Assembly: GCF_006345805.1 (NCBI RefSeq)
Contig: NC_043010.1
Coordinates: 53,320,001 to 53,384,000 of the forward strand
Origin: Octopus sinensis
Taxonomy: Eukaryota
Direction: 5' to 3'
Length of the DNA stretch: 64,000 nucleotides
Made by a program: the position numbers and the translations under genes. This document shows positions 58,660 to 64,000 of the stretch, piece after piece. Positions within the stretch are counted from its first letter, which is position 1. Every line of letters begins with the position of its first letter. The notes beneath the pieces are model-generated. The model saw only the letters and a list, made by a program, of their open reading frames with translations, did not search any database and was not told where the DNA came from.

Positions 58660-59690
58660 AGCATATTGTTTTAGAATAAAGTTGTTAGGTGAGCAACGAT
58701 TGTGTGAAAAGAAAATAAATATATAGGTTTTAGAATCGCAAAATTAAAGAAGTAACGTGTGTAGAGAAAAATAGTTTTCAAAGCCGTTGTTCAGAGATAC
58801 ACTTCACAGACACTCTGAGAAGCGTCGTCAGTGATGTTCACGGGGGTCTTAAGGGATTTCGGGTCTTTCGAAATTAGACTCCCACCTCTTGCTCTGTTGA
58901 CCTATTAGCATATTGTTTTAGAATAAAGTTGTTAGGCGAGCAACGATTGTGTGAAAAGAAAATAAATATATAGGTTTTAGAATCGCAAAATTAGAGAAGT
59001 AACGTGTGTAGAGAAAAATAGTTTTCAAAGCAGTTGTTCAAAGATACACCTCACAGACACTCTAAGAAGCGTCGTCAGTGATGTTCACGGGAGTCTTAAG
59101 GGATTTCGGGTCTTTCGAAATTAGACTCCCACCTCTTGCTCTGTTGACCTATTAGCATATTGCTTAGAATAAAGTTGTTAAGCGAGCAACGATTGTGTGA
59201 AATCAAAATAAGAAACAAGTGACCTGATCTGAGATCGTGTGCTGGAACGAAAACAATTGCAGCGTGGAAAGTGTTTATAAGCCATGTAACAAACACACAA
59301 AAGCCGTTAGATTCACTTCAACATTTAAATTTAATTTCCCATCATTTAAATTTAATTTGCAGCACGGAATTTTGTCAGTGAACAGGTCGCTGTCTCAAAG
59401 CTACGAAAATATTTTGGCAAATTAAATTTAAATGTTGAAGTGAATCTAACGGTTTTTGTGTGTTTCTTAAATGGCTTATAAACACCTTGCACGCTGCAAA
59501 ATGAGAAACAGGTCTTAGAATCGCAAAATTAGAGAGGTAACGTGTGTAAAGGAAAATAGTTTTCAAAAGAGTAGTTCCTAGATAAATCTCAAAGACACTC
59601 TAGGAAGCGACGTCAGTGATGTTCACAGGATATTAAAGGATTTCGGGTCGTTTAACGTTAGACTCCCAAAACCTTTCCCAGTTGACCCAA
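58660..59690 (-). repeat. 247-bp tandem array derived from a HERO-like 3' UTR
   Basis: agcatattg restarts at 58660, 58907 and 59154 (period 247); a fourth diverged unit (59510-59690) continues into the LINE ORF; the minus-strand unit contains gaaagacccgaaa...acatcactgacgacg. Confidence 0.9.
59257..59499. repeat. Hairpin with about 82-bp arms inserted in the tandem array
   Basis: ttgcagcgtggaaagtgtttataagccat...ttcaacatttaaatttaattt pairs with aaattaaatttaaatgttgaa...atggcttataaacaccttgcacgctgcaa; bracketed by caaaataagaaaca (59204-59217) and caaaatgagaaaca (59497-59510). Confidence 0.9.
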
Positions 59691-59862
59691 CTAGGAGTGA
59701 CAAAATCCCAACTTGCATCCCAGTAGGTACAATCCATTGGTCTGCCTTCTTCATCCAAAGCCATTTAGTGACCTTCCTTCTATGGATCTTCGATGATTGA
59801 ACGTGTGACCCTTCTCTTTGCTGCACCACTAATTCCAAACAAACACACCATACAAAACCAGG
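59590..59862 (-). mobile_element. HERO-clade (RLE) non-LTR retrotransposon 3' end
   Basis: Minus strand translates GISGAAKRRVTRSII, then frameshifted KWLWMKKADQW, resembling the HERO C-terminal GIxGxxxxRAI...SRWLWxKRxxxW; followed by its 3' UTR. Confidence 0.7.
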
Positions 59863-60094
59863 CTCTCTTTTACTTGTTTCAGTCATTTGACTGCGGCCAT
59901 GCTGGAGCACCGCCTTTAGACGAGCAAATCGACCCCAGGACTTATTCTTTGTAAGCCTAGTACTTATCCTAGTACTTATCGGTCTCTTTTGCCGAACCGC
60001 TAAGTAACGGGGACGTAAACACACAAGCATCGGTTGTCAAGCGATGTTGAGGGGACAACTCGGACACACAAACACACACACACACACTCATATA

Positions 60095-60132
<38 letters not shown>

Positions 60133-60322
60133 ATAGATATATATATATATATACATATATATACGACGGGCTTCTTTCAGTTTCCGTCTACCAAATCCTC
60201 TCACAAGGCTTTGGTTGGCCCGAGGCTAAAGTAGAAGACACTTGCCGAAGGTGCCACGCAGTGGGACTGAACCCGGAACCATGTGGCTGGTAAGCAAGCT
60301 ACTTACCACACAGCCACTCCTG
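59863..60322 (-). mobile_element. CORE-like SINE family A, full length
   Basis: ctctcttttacttgtttcagtcatttgac...cttaccacacagccactcctg. Confidence 0.92.
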
Positions 60323-61499
60323 TCTACTTCTTTTTGTCCACAATCTACCCGTCAGCGCTTGGTATTTGAAAGCTTTTCACTCATATAAAGTATTGTGGAG
60401 AGTGTAACAAGTATGACAAAACATTAGCGCTCATTTTATTATTATTCAAACACTCTACTATGAGAACTACTTCGTCCAACCTGCTCTTTCTTTGTAAAGC
60501 GGTAGAATGTAGTTTGAGAGGGAGATTTGGCTGCTATTTTTTAGCAGATCGATCGGGCACGCAAATTTTCTCGTTACCCCGACGTTTCTTGTTTATGCGA
60601 TGATTTGATAGTGCTGTTTCTACAGTGTGAAAAGAAAAGAAAATACAGCCAATCAGAGCTCAACTATCAAACTAGTGTCCACCTAGTCACGAAAATTCTC
60701 TGGTTAAGTTCAGACGAAAATGTGCGTTATAGCAAAATGTACTGTTCTAAACGGGTTAATAGGGGTGACATATGTGAAATTTAGTGTATAAAGTGAATGG
60801 AAAGCTGTCCACAAATGATGCCATAAGTGTTGCCAATTTGCGTAATTTACTAGAAAATGTAAATGAGTGTAGTTTCCTAATTTTGTGACTGATTTTGTAC
60901 ATTCCTAATTTGAAATGTTGGTGTTGATCTGGTAACATCGTAATCAATATGGCGTTGTGTCGTGTCGTGCCCTCCTTGAATATATCAGTGGATACATGCA
61001 GTATCACTAATCTCAGTCTGAGCATAGTTACATATAGAGATGGTGTTCAATTGATCTATGAGGATGATGGGGGTGGGGTGGTGCTTATGTGAACCCTGCT
61101 ATGCTGTACTCACAGAGTGGCATACACTATTCTATGCCTGACTGGCTGTACTGTAGTAATACACAGTATGTGAATTTTCAAGGTGAGTTCTGATAGGCTG
61201 TATGCAAATGGGTTCATTACTGGGGTCTGAAACTCTCGTGGGAAAAAAATTCGCGTCCCTGAACGCGTTTAGAAGGAGTATTTCACGTTGCTTGTAACGA
61301 ATTTTCCCCCGATCTCTTCTATCATCACAAATCAATCATCTTTCAGAGCGGGATGTTAATGCTCGCAGTAGCAGGCTTGCTTTGCAACCGTGGATTTGGA
61401 TTTGTTATATGTAGACAGTCATACATACATACATGCATACATACATACATACATACATACATACATACATACATACATACATACATACATACATACATA

Positions 61500-61802
61500 C
61501 AAGGCGGCAAAAGCTTAACATCGATCCAGAGTGCCTTAGAATGTCGTATCACATCCCTTCAGCAATAACTATTATCTGCCAAGTGTCGAAGTGCATTCCT
61601 TGACCGAGTTTGCATGCAGGAGGCTGATAACATCACAAGACTTGGAAAGCAGTTCCTTGAGCAGCATTCCTTGTCTAATAACCTAGAATACATGCCCAAA
61701 GAAATCGCACGACTCTACCGCAATATATCATCAGATGAAAGGATGAGCGTATATCAGCAGACGTCTGATCTTTCAATGTCTGTGAAGAAGTGGATACAAT
61801 GA
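61500..61802 (+). mobile_element. R4/Dong-like non-LTR retrotransposon internal fragment abutting (CATA)n
   Basis: Translates GGKSLTSIQSALECRITSLQQ*LL..., resembling the GGRGLxSIxxxYExRIxSLxxHL thumb motif of RLE-clade RTs. Confidence 0.6.
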
Positions 61803-62824
61803 TGCACACCTGAATACTTTCAAAGAGAATGCATTCAAGATTTTTTCCTCAACGATATCGTAAACTCTTCGCTTGGAACAGAGATTATGTTGAGTGGTAG
61901 TTTTGTATAGAAGAGGAGTTATTCTAATAATATTTTCAATTTGAGTGACTTATATCAGTGAGTGTAAATAGTTGTACCCATTTGTGCATTATTTCGATAT
62001 ATTCCTTGTAGATTTATACTTAGAATGAAACAATTCTTTTCTCGGACGTTTCCGTAGATAACCGTAAAAGTTTGGACATTTCAGACCGATGTTTACTAGA
62101 ATAATACCAGCTGTGTATTTGACACTGTCTAAGCATTTTTGCCGAAGAAGGTTCACTACCTAAATACGAAATGAAAATTTATATCAGTATTAATAAATAT
62201 ATTCAATCGATTTATATATGGAAAAAAATACACGGACAAGAATGATAAATATTTTAAGAAAAAAGTAATATTTTTTTCTTTTATTTATATGGGTATCTTT
62301 AGACAAAGTTTAGAAATGCAAAAAAGAAAAAAGAAACAGTTTTAAGAATTACACTGCTAACCTACAAGAAAACACATTTTCGTTTCTATCTTAATTATCT
62401 TTACACTTAACTAAATAATGCTCAGATATACGATACACAAATAAACTTTAAAAGGACGCAACATATACATGAGATTAAATCTAAATTGCTCTTGATTTTA
62501 TATTTTGACTAAAAGAACTAAAGAAGTTTAGATTATTTTAATAAGATATCTGAAAAATTATATTTAATATATGATGAATAGATAAGAAGTTTTTGTTTGA
62601 AATATTTAAAAGCGAACAAGGTTTTATAGCGAGTAAATAATTTATAGTTTGTTAAGTTAGTTCACTACAGCAAGTGGTGTTATTTAACAAAACTTTAAAA
62701 AATGTAAAAACTGAACTGGGGTGTTCGTATGGAGCTGGACAAATGAATATCTGATCAAATAACATAATATATTAGAAAATGTGCCCATTTTTTGCTAACT
62801 CTGTAAAATATTTGCTTTAGAAAA

Positions 62825-63972
62825 TAATGTGAGGTCCTCAGCTTACTCAAGAAATTAAGAGGGATGCTGTTATTGTGGTTATAAAGGCTGAGCATAGTGA
62901 TTTAGAAATATCGCGATTTTTAAAAGTTTCTAAATCTTTCGTCTACAAAGTTTGTAAGGAACTAGAGACTGATGCTGGAAACGTATCCATCAGTAGCAAA
63001 GCATAAAAAGCATTCTAAATGCTCTGAAATCATCAGAACACCTGGATTTATCTAGCAAGTTCAACAAACTATTGATTACAATCCCAGAAAGTCCATGAGG
63101 TTAATTGCAATAGATTTCCCTGTGTCAGAAGGAACAGTCCATGTGTCAGAAATGATGTTCACGAAGACATCAAAGTCTTATATGATGATGAAAGGTCAAG
63201 CAAAAGAAAACCACTACATCAGATCTAAAAGGCTCTTTAACAAAGTGAAAAATCCAGCAGGAGAAGATTTGATTTGATTTTTCTCAAACAAGAAAACTTC
63301 GACCAAGATCAAAAAGTTAACTGAAGAAATGACAGATGGTTATGTGCAGACCCTTCTGAAGTTACAAACATACAAAATTTCTTGCAATTGTCATGGTTTT
63401 AGGGGTTATCAAAAATGAAGGACATGTGACTTCTTTACACAAGGCCCTAGAGTTGACTTTACCGCCTACATTGAGGTCCTGGAAATAATTGCTAAGCCCT
63501 GAATAGACAGCGTATGCAATGGAAGGTCATATGTGTTTCAATAAGACCCTGCACTATCACACATGGCTCTAGTAACACACGAATGGATGGCTGACAATTT
63601 TCATGATCACATAACCCTTAACATTTGGCTTCCTAATTCCCCAGATCTTAATCCATTGGACAATTGCATGAGGAGCGTTGCTGAGAGAGGGGTCAATGAA
63701 CATGCCCATTGCACGAAAGATACTTTGAAAGCTGACAAAGTCAGAGTAATGTCCAAAATGAACCAGGACCACTTGATTCGAACATGTAGATGATTTAGAT
63801 CTCGTATAGGAGCAGTTGTGGAAGCTGAAGGTGGCTTTATGGAAATAACATTTGAGAAAAGAATGTTTATTTTTATGCTCATAGCATTTTTTGAAAAATA
63901 AAGTTATTATCTATTATTATATAACTGTTTTTTATAAACATAAATCTGTCCTCAAATATCTTACGCACACTG
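62825..63972 (+). pseudogene. maT (DD37D) Tc1/mariner transposase pseudogene with right TIR
   Basis: KRDAVIVVIKAEHSDLEISRFLKVSKSFVYKV (HTH), YVFQ*DPALSH and WLPNSPDLNPLD motifs with stops and frameshifts; ends aaatctgtcctcaaatatcttacgcacactg|ta; left TIR not found. Confidence 0.88.
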
Positions 63973-64000
63973 TATATGTATAAATTACATATGTATAAAT

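Noticed and set aside
58660-59200. CRISPR-like regular array
   Set aside because: The whole 247-bp unit is repeated with no variable spacers, and no cas genes are present.

Overview
Non-coding, AT-rich, microsatellite-saturated animal DNA. The SINE families present point to an octopod cephalopod (Octopus); this is inferred from recognising repeats, not from a search. No intact protein-coding gene, rRNA, true tRNA or CRISPR array can be supported, and nearly every ORF in the supplied track is a microsatellite or SINE artefact. The window is a mosaic of at least four tRNA-headed SINE families (CORE-like, Meta-like, V-like and a CORE+V chimera), fossil LINEs (RTE/Rex3-like, R4/Dong, HERO, Penelope-like), fossil DNA transposons (Tc1, maT/DD37D, pogo/Tigger, mariner MITEs, a Helentron-associated element) and a 100-N gap at 29554-29653. 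The most notable signal is a set of type I hammerhead ribozyme motifs in short non-coding elements: one fully canonical (9877-9955, minus), one extended ribozyme inside a 309-bp cassette bounded by an exact 46-bp direct repeat (16951-17011, plus), a four-member family of minimal variant hammerheads in (TA)n-associated elements, and decayed inverted pairs. The intact and minimal motifs have palindromic stem III, which is compatible with dimeric or trans cleavage. They co-occur with more than a dozen long fold-back palindromes and a 247-bp tandem array built from a HERO retrotransposon 3' UTR. A few weak candidate exons are flagged.
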